A stretch of DNA of 32,000 nucleotides from Ferroglobus placidus DSM 10642 (GCF_000025505.1 NC_013849.1:1920001-1952000), one strand, 5' to 3'; shown: positions 10,690 through 18,852, counted from the stretch's first letter. Made by a program: numbers and translations. Notes: generated by a model not told the origin, from the letters alone.

Positions 10690-11558
10690 GGATAAACCAT
10701 CGTTCCTATCCCTTCCTTAGTAAACAGCTCAAGGAGAATGGCATGTTCTACTGATCCGTTTATTATGTGTCCCCTCTCCACTCCTCCCTTCAAAGCCTTT
10801 ATTATAGCTTCAGCTTTCGGAATCATTCCGCCGCTAAGCTCTCCTTTTTTAAGCATTTCTTCGAGCTCCTTCAAGCTTATCTTGGAAATTACCGAGTTCG
10901 GATCGTTAACATCCCTAAGTATCCCCGGGACGTCGGTGAGAATGATCAGCTTCTTAGCCTTCAACGCAGCAGCTATGTCTCCCGCAACCGTATCTGCGTT
11001 CATGTTGTAGATGTTCCCGTTCAAGTCGACAGCAACGGGAGAAACTACCGGAATAAAACCGTTATCGATGAGTATTTTCAAAATTTCGGGGTTAACTATT
11101 TCAGTCTCGCCTACGTAACCCAAATCCAACTCGACCTCGCTATCTCCGATCTTCTTCTTCACCTTCTTCTTTTTCGCAACAACAAGCAGTCCGTCCTTTC
11201 CGGACATACCAACTGCTTTTCCGCCGTTTTTTATGAAGAGGGAAACGATCTTGGAATTGATCTTCCCGTCGAGTACCATCTGAACGACTTCTATCGTCTC
11301 CTCATCCGTAACTCTCAGTCCGTCAACGAACTTCGGTTTTATCCCCAACCTCTCCATCTTCTCGCTTATCTCCGGACCGCCACCGTGAACGACGATCGGC
11401 TTAATACCGACGAAATACAGAAGGATGACATCTCTTACGGCACTCTCCAAAATTTTCTCGTTGACCATCGCGTGTCCGCCTATTTTGATGACCATTACTT
11501 TTCCGTGAAATTCTCTTATGTAAGGTAGAGCCTCAACGAGCGTCTTCACTTTTTCCAT
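10686..11558 (-). CDS. argB: Acetylglutamate kinase
   Basis: VIKIGGHAM, VVHGGGPEI and the NMNADTVAGDIAAAL motifs of the amino-acid kinase family, ArgB type. Confidence 0.9.
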   Translation of the reverse strand: MEKVKTLVEALPYIREFHGKVMVIKIGGHAMVNEKILESAVRDVILLYFVGIKPIVVHGGGPEISEKMERLGIKPKFVDGLRVTDEETIEVVQMVLDGKINSKIVSLFIKNGGKAVGMSGKDGLLVVAKKKKVKKKIGDSEVELDLGYVGETEIVNPEILKILIDNGFIPVVSPVAVDLNGNIYNMNADTVAGDIAAALKAKKLIILTDVPGILRDVNDPNSVISKISLKELEEMLKKGELSGGMIPKAEAIIKALKGGVERGHIINGSVEHAILLELFTKEGIGTMVYP

Positions 11559-11633
11559 GACTTAAAAAATCCCTCGGAGATATTTCTATCTTATGGAAAG
11601 TTTTAAGTTTAGTTAAGCAGTCTGTCTATTGGG

Positions 11634-11945
11634 ATGCAGGTACTCGTAGATACCTGCGTTGAAGAGTGTGATGAGATATACGTAGAAATTACGAGCAAAA
11701 TACCTCTCAAGGAGTTGATGCAGATCGTAAGAAAATACAGAGACAGAGACCTCTTCCTTAGAATTAACAGGAAGAAGAAAATGCTTGAATCGATAACCTT
11801 TTACGAAGGAAACGACGAGGAATGCATCTTCGTTCCAATTCCGAAGAGGTTTGCTGTTTTGGAGCCGGACGAACACTACTTTGAAGTAACTCTAAAAGCC
11901 AACATAGTCTTAGCTCTCAAGGGTGAAAAAGACTACCACAGATAA
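11634..11945 (+). CDS. Hypothetical protein, 103 aa, no family recognised
   Basis: Purine-rich, E/K-rich ORF on the same strand as the next gene and 3 nt upstream of it. The antisense 87-aa ORF has atypical composition. Confidence 0.5.
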   Translation: MQVLVDTCVEECDEIYVEITSKIPLKELMQIVRKYRDRDLFLRINRKKKMLESITFYEGNDEECIFVPIPKRFAVLEPDEHYFEVTLKANIVLALKGEKDYHR

Positions 11946-11948
11946 GCT

Positions 11949-12401
11949 ATGAAGGTGCCGTGGAAACGAGTCCACTCTTGGAAATGCTTAGCTTGCGGTA
12001 GCTGCTGCAAAGTTTACAAGCCGAGGTTGACTTTTTACGAGTATTTGAGACTGCCGAAGCAGTTCGTTGAGGAGAGGAGAGGGAGATACTACATAAGAAA
12101 GATCAACGGAAGGTGTCCCTTTCAATACGGAAACCTCTGCGCGATTCAGGAAAAGAAGCCGCTGTCTTGCAAGCTATTTCCTTTTTCGATTTACGAGAGG
12201 GGAGAAGATGACGCTCTCTTCGTCTACAAGGACGAAGAGTATTACGTTTACGTAGATACCTTCTGCAAGAACTTGAAGCTTGGAAAGCCCAGTAAGGAAT
12301 TTATCAACGCAATAATTGAGGCAATAAAAATTTATAGAGGAGAAAAAACGACTCCGGAGCTTATAACCTCAAGAAGAGCCCTTGGTACTTTCTTCTCTTA
12401 G
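11949..12401 (+). CDS. YkgJ/UPF0153 family cysteine-cluster (CxxCxxCC) protein
   Basis: CLACGSCC ... CPFQYGNLCAIQEKKPLSCKLFPF matches the CxxCxxCC ... CPFL...C.IY..RP..C..FPF pattern. Confidence 0.65.
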   Translation: MKVPWKRVHSWKCLACGSCCKVYKPRLTFYEYLRLPKQFVEERRGRYYIRKINGRCPFQYGNLCAIQEKKPLSCKLFPFSIYERGEDDALFVYKDEEYYVYVDTFCKNLKLGKPSKEFINAIIEAIKIYRGEKTTPELITSRRALGTFFS

Positions 12402-14108
12402 CACCCTCCTCAGTATCTTCCCCACGGCACTCTTCGGAAGCTCGTCTCGGAATTCGATTATTTTCGGAACTTTGTAAGCTGCAAGTCTCTCCCTGCAGAA
12501 CTGCTCTATCTCTTTCTCCGTAACCTTTCCTCTGTACTCGGGTTTAAGAACTACGAACGCTTTTACAGTTTCTCCCCTGTACTTGTCCGGAACGCCAACG
12601 ACAGCAGCCTCCAGAACTGCCGGGTGTTCGTAGAGAACTTCCTCAACCTCCCTCGGATAGATGTTGTACCCTCCGGCAATTATTACGTCCTTCTTCCTGT
12701 CCACTATGTAGAAGTAGCCGTCTTCGTCCATCTTCGCCATGTCCCCGGTTAGCAACCACCCATTCACGAGGGCTTTAGCTGTCTCCTCCTCCATTTTGTA
12801 GTATCCCTTCATCACCTGAGGACCTTTTATCGCAAGCTCTCCTACCTCTCCGACTGGCAAAATCCTTCCTTCATCGTCTATTACAACGGCGTAGGTGTCG
12901 GAAACGGGAATACCTATGCTACCTTCTTTGTTTAATCCGTAAACGGGGTTTACTATCGCGACCGGAGAAGTTTCGCTTAAGCCGTAGCCTTCAACAAGCT
13001 TTCCTCCGGTGATTCTTTCGAACTCTCTTTTGACCTCGATGGGAAGCGGAGCGGCACCGCTTATGCAAGCTCTTATGCTTGAGAGATCCCACTTTTCGAC
13101 TCCCGGATAGTTGTTTATAGCGTTGAAAAGCGTAGGGACTCCGCAGAATATCGTTATCCTGTGCTTCTCTATTGAATCGAGTATTCTCTTAATGTCTCTT
13201 GGATCCGGAATTAAAACTATCTTTGCTCCCAGAGCAATAGGCGTGTTCATGCTTGTGGTCATTCCGTAAACGTGGAAGTAAGGAAGCGCTCCGGCAAATA
13301 CGTCTTTTTCACTCAGATCCGGCAGCCACTCTTTAACTTGGTAAACGTTGGCGACGAGGTTAAAGTGCGTTAGCATCGCCGCTTTAGGTAAGCCGGTGGT
13401 TCCGCCGGTGTACTGAAAAACCGCTACATCTTCCTTCGGATCTACTTTTACAGCTCTATCGATAGGTTCGCTCCTTATAGCGTCTTTCCAAAAATCGAAG
13501 TCTCCCTTTAGCTCGACCTTTTCTTTTTTAAACTTGTAAAGAATGTTCAGAGGAAACTTTAGATAATCTTCCACTCTGCAAACGACTATCTTCTCGAGAA
13601 CCCCCTCCTCTTTCAGCTTTCTCAGTTTTGGATACGCATTCTCTATGCAAAATGCGATTTTTGCCTCGCTGTTTTCGGCTATGTGCCTAACTTCTCTCTC
13701 GGTGTAAAGGGGATTGCACTGGACAACAGTACCACCAGCTTTCAGCACGCCGAAATAAGCTATGACGTAATGAGGGGTGTTCGGCAAGTCGAGAATAATT
13801 TTATCTCCCTTCTTTACACCAATGCTTTTCAGATATCCAGCAATTCTTTCCGAAGCTTCTTTTAACTGCCGATAAGTTATTTCCTTACCTATGAAGTCCA
13901 ACGCAACCTTATCCGGGAATTTTTCGGCTGAGTTGTCGAGAAAATCGTAAAGCGGAATTTCCGGATACTCAAGGTTCGGTCTGACGCCTTTATCGTAGTG
14001 CTTTAACCAGATTCGATTTATTTCCTCCTCGCTAATTTCCGTTATCAGTTTTCCTTCAACTCCAAGCATATTTGAAAAATCTCTCCACGTCGTTATAAAT
14101 ATTTCCAC
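12369..14108 (-). CDS. AMP-forming acyl-CoA synthetase (long/medium-chain fatty-acid-CoA ligase type)
   Basis: AMP-binding signature YTGGTTGLPKAAMLTH, plus GYGLSE, TGDMAKMDEDGYFYIVDRKKD and a C-terminal PKSAVGKILRR. The true start may be ATG 14069 rather than GTG 14108. Confidence 0.9.
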   Translation of the reverse strand: MEIFITTWRDFSNMLGVEGKLITEISEEEINRIWLKHYDKGVRPNLEYPEIPLYDFLDNSAEKFPDKVALDFIGKEITYRQLKEASERIAGYLKSIGVKKGDKIILDLPNTPHYVIAYFGVLKAGGTVVQCNPLYTEREVRHIAENSEAKIAFCIENAYPKLRKLKEEGVLEKIVVCRVEDYLKFPLNILYKFKKEKVELKGDFDFWKDAIRSEPIDRAVKVDPKEDVAVFQYTGGTTGLPKAAMLTHFNLVANVYQVKEWLPDLSEKDVFAGALPYFHVYGMTTSMNTPIALGAKIVLIPDPRDIKRILDSIEKHRITIFCGVPTLFNAINNYPGVEKWDLSSIRACISGAAPLPIEVKREFERITGGKLVEGYGLSETSPVAIVNPVYGLNKEGSIGIPVSDTYAVVIDDEGRILPVGEVGELAIKGPQVMKGYYKMEEETAKALVNGWLLTGDMAKMDEDGYFYIVDRKKDVIIAGGYNIYPREVEEVLYEHPAVLEAAVVGVPDKYRGETVKAFVVLKPEYRGKVTEKEIEQFCRERLAAYKVPKIIEFRDELPKSAVGKILRRVLREESTKGSS

Positions 14109-14245
14109 GATTAATTCATAAAATTGTCACGATTTTTTCCGAAACCGCAATTTGAATTTAAAAAGCTTTCTGAGGAGATGCGAGATTCACAAACTCAAAC
14201 ATTCCGAAATCAATTCAACAAAAGCGCCAAATTCAAGTAGAAAAG

Positions 14246-14329
14246 TGCGGGGGGTGGGATTTGAACCCACGAACCCCTACGGGACCGGACCCTAAATCCG
14301 GCGCCTTTTCCTGACTCGGCAACCCCCGC
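14246..14329 (-). tRNA. tRNA-Leu, anticodon UAG, long variable arm, no intron, CCA not encoded
   Basis: The reverse complement reads GCGGGGGTTGCCGAGTCAGGAAAAGGCGCCGGATTTAGGGTCCGGTCCCGTAGGGGTTCGTGGGTTCAAATCCCACCCCCCGCA. It has a 7-bp acceptor stem, the anticodon stem CCGGA/TCCGG with loop TT-TAG-GG, and a T arm GTGGG-TTCAAAT-CCCAC. Confidence 0.92.
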
Positions 14330-14413
14330 AGCAAAAATTGTTGAGTTATAGGTCTTATGAACTTTGTGGTAAAACTCTTCCCTCAGAATTTTGAAACGCT
14401 CAGAGAAGAAAAT

Positions 14414-14833
14414 TTAGAGGTTTCTTTTGATCCACCTCTCTATTTCTCCCTTCGGATACGCTCCGATTATCTTATCCACCGGTTTTCCGTTCTTAAAGAA
14501 GATCAGCGTTGGTATTCCGGTTATTCCGTACCTCGCAGCTATTTGAGGATTTTCGTCGGTGTTGAGTTTAGCGAAAACAACTTTGCCAGCATACTCCTTT
14601 GCGAGCTGCTCTATTATCGGAGCTATCATTCTGCAAGGCATGCACCACTCAGCCCAGAAGTCGACGACGACGTTCTCGTACTTTTTAAGAATTTCGTCGA
14701 AATTGCTCGAGTTCACTTCTATCGGCTTATCCGGATACTTCTCTGCTTGTTTACCCTGATAACCTCCTTCTCCCGACATTTTTTTCATCAACTCCATTAG
14801 CTTCTTTTTCCTAATTTTTTCCAACTCGTCCAT
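14414..14833 (-). CDS. trx: Thioredoxin with about 35 aa of N-terminal helical extension; active site WCMPC
   Basis: VVVDFWAEWCMPCRMIAP...KLNTDENP..A.RYGI.GIPTLIFFKNG shows the thioredoxin fold. Confidence 0.9.
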   Translation of the reverse strand: MDELEKIRKKKLMELMKKMSGEGGYQGKQAEKYPDKPIEVNSSNFDEILKKYENVVVDFWAEWCMPCRMIAPIIEQLAKEYAGKVVFAKLNTDENPQIAARYGITGIPTLIFFKNGKPVDKIIGAYPKGEIERWIKRNL

Positions 14834-14852
14834 AATTTCGGGATTTATAGAT

Positions 14853-15809
14853 TTAACTATTATCGCTTACGCGGAAATGATCGTTCACAACAATAACCCC
14901 TTGTTCGCTGGCAACTTCGTAGAAGTCTTCCTCAGTTACGTTCAACCAATCAAACTTGTTGATTACTCCCTTTCTAACTATTCTGAATTTCTTCCCCCCC
15001 ATCTCGATCTTCTCCACGAACTTCGGAAGCTCTATTCTTAGCCTCCACTTAGCCACCTTTCTCGGCTGAACTTCCCTAATAGCCTCTTCAACGCTCTTTC
15101 CGTCGAGAACAACCTTCAAAACAATCTCCGCTATGTGGTTCAACCTGTCGGGAACGCCTATGACGTTTCCTCTCAAAAGAATCTTTTTAGATTCGAATTT
15201 TATACCAGCTCTTCTCAATTCTTCCCCAAGTTTGGAGGTTAACCCTTTTTTATTCCCCGACTTGTCAACAATCCCGCCTATAATGTAAACCTCCGCTTTC
15301 TCTCCTTTAAAAACGTCTTCAGCGTTCGGATCGAGAAGAATTATTTTCTTCTTATCCCTCAAAAAATCTTCAAGCTTATCCACGTGCGTAGCGTTTGTGT
15401 CGGTTTTCAAACCGGCTATAACGAGCCTTTCATCCCACATGTACTCTCTAACAACGTTGAGCGTCTCTTTAATCTGAATCACGAGGCTCTTGAACTCCTT
15501 TTCGCTGTGTAAATAATGATACCTGCAGTCTATCGCTATGTAAGGAAAATCCTCGGCTTTTTTCAGCAAGAGCTCTCTATCAATTATTCCTTCGCATTTG
15601 TCGAGAACGAACTTGCACTCATCGACTTCGTTTCCTTCGAGGTCGAACTTGTATTTCCCTTCTCCTTCGCATACGTTCATTTTCCCGTTAGCAATCATCA
15701 AAGCGGCGAATTGAAACGGATCGTACTTGAAAGCCTTGGCAGTTTTAAAAGAGATGCAATTAATCCCTCTCTTTCTCAGCTCCTCGACGAGCAAATCCTT
15801 GAGTCTCAC
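14853..15809 (-). CDS. Trm10-type SPOUT tRNA (purine-9 N1) methyltransferase, archaeal long form
   Basis: YIIGGIVDKSGNKKGLTSKLGEEL..AGIK....ILLRGNVIGVPDRLNHIAEIVLKVV resembles my recollection of the Thermococcus Trm10 SPOUT core. No search was run. Confidence 0.6.
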   Translation of the reverse strand: MRLKDLLVEELRKRGINCISFKTAKAFKYDPFQFAALMIANGKMNVCEGEGKYKFDLEGNEVDECKFVLDKCEGIIDRELLLKKAEDFPYIAIDCRYHYLHSEKEFKSLVIQIKETLNVVREYMWDERLVIAGLKTDTNATHVDKLEDFLRDKKKIILLDPNAEDVFKGEKAEVYIIGGIVDKSGNKKGLTSKLGEELRRAGIKFESKKILLRGNVIGVPDRLNHIAEIVLKVVLDGKSVEEAIREVQPRKVAKWRLRIELPKFVEKIEMGGKKFRIVRKGVINKFDWLNVTEEDFYEVASEQGVIVVNDHFRVSDNS

Positions 15810-15817
15810 AATCGAAT

Positions 15818-17260
15818 TTACTTTCGATATTTTAATGAATTGGAGTAAATTCCGAAGTTCAGTTCCTCATCTTGTACGTAATTTTTGCCTAATTGCAAAG
15901 CTATTTCCGCTTTTTTCAGCTCTCTGCCAAGATATGCCGCATGGTCAAGCCTGCTAACGAGGTTCTCTCTTAAAACTGTATCTACGATTTCTTTAGCATT
16001 CTCTCCTACAACGGTAAGCTTTTCGTGGGAGCAAACTATTTTTCCCTTCGAAATCCATATCCTAAAGTCTCCGAGGGGATCTCTAATGAATTTCTTGTTC
16101 TCCTCAGCTTTTAAGAAATCTTCTGGAAATTCTCCCTCGGGAAGTCTTCTCTTTTCTTTAAGCACGAGCAAGCTAAATCCAAGATCTTTCGGAGGTGTCT
16201 TTCTGAGTTTAGCTCCCTTCGTCATGTAAGTAGCGGTCTTCATCTCTTTCACGGCTCCCGCTGTTTTGTCGCTCGCTTCTGTAGTGAAGATCAAGGAAGC
16301 TCCAACTTCCTCGGCAATCTGAGCGAGAAGAGCATTTACTCCGACGCTGTCAGCATCTATTAGCTCGGTAACGTTTCCAGCTCCGAAGAGGAGGGGTGTT
16401 GCTGAGTCGAGCTCTCTGTATTTTTTGTATCTGAGAATTGACTCAACGATTCCCGGAAAATCGAGAATCGGATCCGCCACGACTTTCTCTGTTTTCGTCC
16501 TTACCAATTCCACGAGCTTTTTCAGCCTTCCGACGTTTCTATCGACGACGACTACAACCTCATCCCTTATAAATTCGAGAGCTTTGAGATTTTCTAAAGC
16601 TAAGCTCATAACCATGTCAGCTCCAGCCTCGATTCCGGCTTTTATGGCTCTTGTGCTAAATGTGTCAACGCTGACGACGTCGCATAGATCTTTCGCTACT
16701 TTAACAGCTCTCTTAACCTCCTCCGCCTCGAACTCGAGGGGAATTCCGAGGTCGATTATATCTGCTCCGCTTTCCAAGTAGTGCTCGATTTTTCTCGTGA
16801 GTTCTTCTCTACTAAGCCTCGTAGCGTCAACTACTTCAGCGACAACCTTCATTCTCGCGTTTCCTCCTATTTTTACCCCGTTCACCTCAAAGACGAAATC
16901 ATCTATTTCGTCAACAGCCTTCTTTACTTCTTCAGCCTTTATACTCTCTATAAGTCTACATGCGGGAATTTCGTGGGAGAATTCTATCTCTTCCACTCTC
17001 TCAATCACGTACTTCAAATCGTAGGCGTGAATCGGACCCAATCGAATCTTGACTCCCTTTTCCTCTTCCAGTTTCTTCCAGTCGTTTCCGGCTGTTAATC
17101 CCGGAACCAGCACGAGATCGTAATCGCTCAGATCGTAATTTCTGAGGTGAGACGGAGTTATGAAGGCTGCGATATCGATATCCACAACGAGAACATCGCA
17201 GTCGACGACTTTCCTAACCAAGCTCTCCGCAAGTTTGCCGGTTACGACGAGAACTTTCAT
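15818..17260 (-). CDS. Dihydropteroate-synthase-like (pterin-binding) protein with a C-terminal DUF4346-like domain
   Basis: Pterin-binding barrel cues (ESGADIIDLG, VSVDTF, GADMV). The C-terminal region reads DPLGDFRIWI...HAAYLGRELKKAEIAL. I moved the start from 17410 to ATG 17260 (MKVLVVTGK) because the upstream extension is antisense to the neighbouring gene's promoter and 5' end. Confidence 0.55.
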   Translation of the reverse strand: MKVLVVTGKLAESLVRKVVDCDVLVVDIDIAAFITPSHLRNYDLSDYDLVLVPGLTAGNDWKKLEEEKGVKIRLGPIHAYDLKYVIERVEEIEFSHEIPACRLIESIKAEEVKKAVDEIDDFVFEVNGVKIGGNARMKVVAEVVDATRLSREELTRKIEHYLESGADIIDLGIPLEFEAEEVKRAVKVAKDLCDVVSVDTFSTRAIKAGIEAGADMVMSLALENLKALEFIRDEVVVVVDRNVGRLKKLVELVRTKTEKVVADPILDFPGIVESILRYKKYRELDSATPLLFGAGNVTELIDADSVGVNALLAQIAEEVGASLIFTTEASDKTAGAVKEMKTATYMTKGAKLRKTPPKDLGFSLLVLKEKRRLPEGEFPEDFLKAEENKKFIRDPLGDFRIWISKGKIVCSHEKLTVVGENAKEIVDTVLRENLVSRLDHAAYLGRELKKAEIALQLGKNYVQDEELNFGIYSNSLKYRK

Positions 17261-17296
17261 AAGCTTTATTTTTGCTTGGAGAAGATAAATCATTCC
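17261..17296. promoter_or_regulatory. 36-bp head-to-head spacer with two AT-rich TATA-like boxes (CTTTATTTTT and AGATAAATCA) serving divergent, probably leaderless genes
   Basis: Each box lies about 25-30 nt upstream of the start codon on the opposite side (ATG 17260 on the minus strand, GTG 17297 on the plus strand). Confidence 0.35.
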
Positions 17297-17917
17297 GTGA
17301 TCGCTGAGCTTCACGTTCACTCCAACCACAGCGATGGAAGGGACAGCGTGAAGAAGCTGCTGGATAGAGCTTTGGAGATCGGAATAGAGGTAATTTCGAT
17401 AACTGACCACGACACTGTAAATGGGAGCTTAGAAGCTATCGAAATCGTGGAGGAGGAGCACTTACCTTTAAAAGTAATCCCCGGTTTCGAAGCTTCGACA
17501 ACCGAGGGACATTTGCTCGTTTACGGTGTGAGGAATGATTTCGACAAAGGCATCCCCTTCGAAGAGGCAGTGGAAAAGGTGAGAAAGCACGGAGGGGTTT
17601 GCTACGTTGCTCATCCCTTTCAGATAGAGAGAAAAGGAGCTTGGAGGATTGGAGCTCTTCGAAAAGCTGACGGAATTGAGGGCTTCAACTCTAAATATAT
17701 CATAGGTTTTTTCAATTTTCTAAGCCTGACGATCGCTAAAAAATTGAACAAGCCCGTTATAGCTGGAAGCGACGCTCATAGCGCCAAAGCCTTGGGTTAC
17801 GGAATAACGATTTTGAGGGGGGAGCCATTAAAAGCTTTGAAAAACGGAGATGTGAGCATTTCCGGGAAAAGAATGCCGTTGAAGGTTTGGCTTTCCGACT
17901 CACTTGGACTTTTTTAG
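17297..17917 (+). CDS. PHP-domain metal-dependent phosphoesterase
   Basis: From GTG 17297: (M)IAELHVHSNHSDG ... ISITDHD ... AHP ... GSDAH are the PHP motifs. The ORF-track start at 17147 adds an implausible 50-aa extension. Confidence 0.75.
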   Translation: MIAELHVHSNHSDGRDSVKKLLDRALEIGIEVISITDHDTVNGSLEAIEIVEEEHLPLKVIPGFEASTTEGHLLVYGVRNDFDKGIPFEEAVEKVRKHGGVCYVAHPFQIERKGAWRIGALRKADGIEGFNSKYIIGFFNFLSLTIAKKLNKPVIAGSDAHSAKALGYGITILRGEPLKALKNGDVSISGKRMPLKVWLSDSLGLF

Positions 17918-18125
17918 GAATAGAGAAATCTCGTAAACAGCCACTATCAAAACAGCCAAGTTTATCAAAGCCGTGTAAATAGGAACGAACTTGTAAACCC
18001 ACCCAGATCCTCACGAGTTCGTTCAGAGCGCTGTACAAATTCCACAAGGAAATTAAAAGAAAGACGACCGCTATAGATATGAAAACCTTTCTCAGCAAAT
18101 CCTCTAACTCGACCTTCTTCTCCAC
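17900..18125 (-). pseudogene. Small two-TM membrane protein (~74 aa) apparently split over two reading frames
   Basis: The frame from GTG 18125 gives MEKKVELEDLLRKVFISIAVVFLLISLWNLYSALNELVRIW and then degenerates into antisense junk of the PHP gene. The +1 frame opens at 18010 and reads GSGWVYKFVPIYTALINLAVLIVAVYEISLFLKKSK*, with its stop at 17900-17902. Confidence 0.35.
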
Positions 18126-18852
18126 AGCGCAACACCTCCAGATATTAAAAGTGCTAACAATTCGAAGCCAGGAGTTGCTTTCTTCTCGTATCGAATTTGA
18201 GTCGGCACGGGAGTTCTTACGAATTCAGTAATCTCGAACTTCACTTCCTTTTCCGTTTCATTCTTAGGAATTCTCTTCGTTGGAGAAAAGCTCAAAGGTT
18301 TACTCCAGATTTTTAGCAAAGAGCCGTTTCTCCAGAGTTCAAGTTTTACGAGGTAGTTGTAATCTTTCGGGAGTGTGAGATTTCCTTCAACGAGAGCTGT
18401 CTTACCACCTTCTATTTTAGCTTCTTTCCAGAATTCGTCTGCGAGAATGTTTGATTCGTACTGAACAGCTTTTACGTGAGCCAGAACCTCGTAATCTTTC
18501 AGAGCTTCCACGTAAAATCTTGCAAGAACGACTACTCTGCTATCATTAACTCCAAGAACCGCAAAATCGGCATCCTTCAAAACAACCTTCAGCTCCTTTT
18601 CTTTCGGCAGTATGCTGTCGAGTCCGGTAAGCTTGAACTCCCTTAGATCGAGGACGTCCCCGCCTTTGCTTACCGAGAGAACGACTCTGTAACTCTTATC
18701 CTTTTCGAGAGTTACGAAAACATTCTCCCTACCTTTTTCGCTTTTGACACTCTCACTCGAATTTCTTCCTTTGCAACGTCAGCGAAGAACGGAATGAGGA
18801 AAGCTACGAGAGTTATCGTTGCGAGGAACGCGATCAAAACTTTCCCGTTCAA
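18104..18852 (-). pseudogene. Secreted/surface protein with a PGF-CTERM archaeosortase sorting signal. The signal peptide and the mature part are in different frames.
   Basis: The C-terminus ATPGFELLALLISGGVALWRRRSS is PGF plus a TM helix plus a basic tail. The ORF frame stays open for 81 codons upstream of 18580 without any ATG/GTG/TTG. TTG 18852 opens (M)NGKVLIAFLATITLVAFLIPFFADVAKEEIRVRVSKAKKVGRMFS* in another frame. Confidence 0.7.

Noticed and set aside
10767-11528. A 253-aa ORF antisense to argB. Similar long antisense ORFs occur at 236-817, 6820-7395, 20036-20485, 21295-21744, 21734-22345 and 14357-14800.
   Set aside because: Coding strands here are strongly purine-rich (GAA/GAG/AAG codons), so their complements are pyrimidine-rich and poor in stop codons. 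The antisense translations are Ser/Phe/Leu/Pro-rich with no motifs, whereas the sense genes have clear family signatures.
14109-14413. The tRNA-Leu flanks as a possible integration site for a mobile element.
   Set aside because: I saw no integrase and no second copy of the tRNA 3' segment (GGGTTCAAATCCCAC...) anywhere in the window. The flanking genes are ordinary metabolic genes.
17261-17410. N-terminal extensions in the ORF track: 15818-17410, 17147-17917, 26747-27094, 26924-27916, 27903-28790 and 29695-30549.
   Set aside because: The extra residues are antisense to, or overlap, the neighbouring divergent gene and lack family similarity. Internal starts give canonical N-termini (MKVLVVTG, IAELHVHS, MAKKKERAPP, MKCIFVE, MKAKDVM, MIEEAIKIG) and leave room for promoters.
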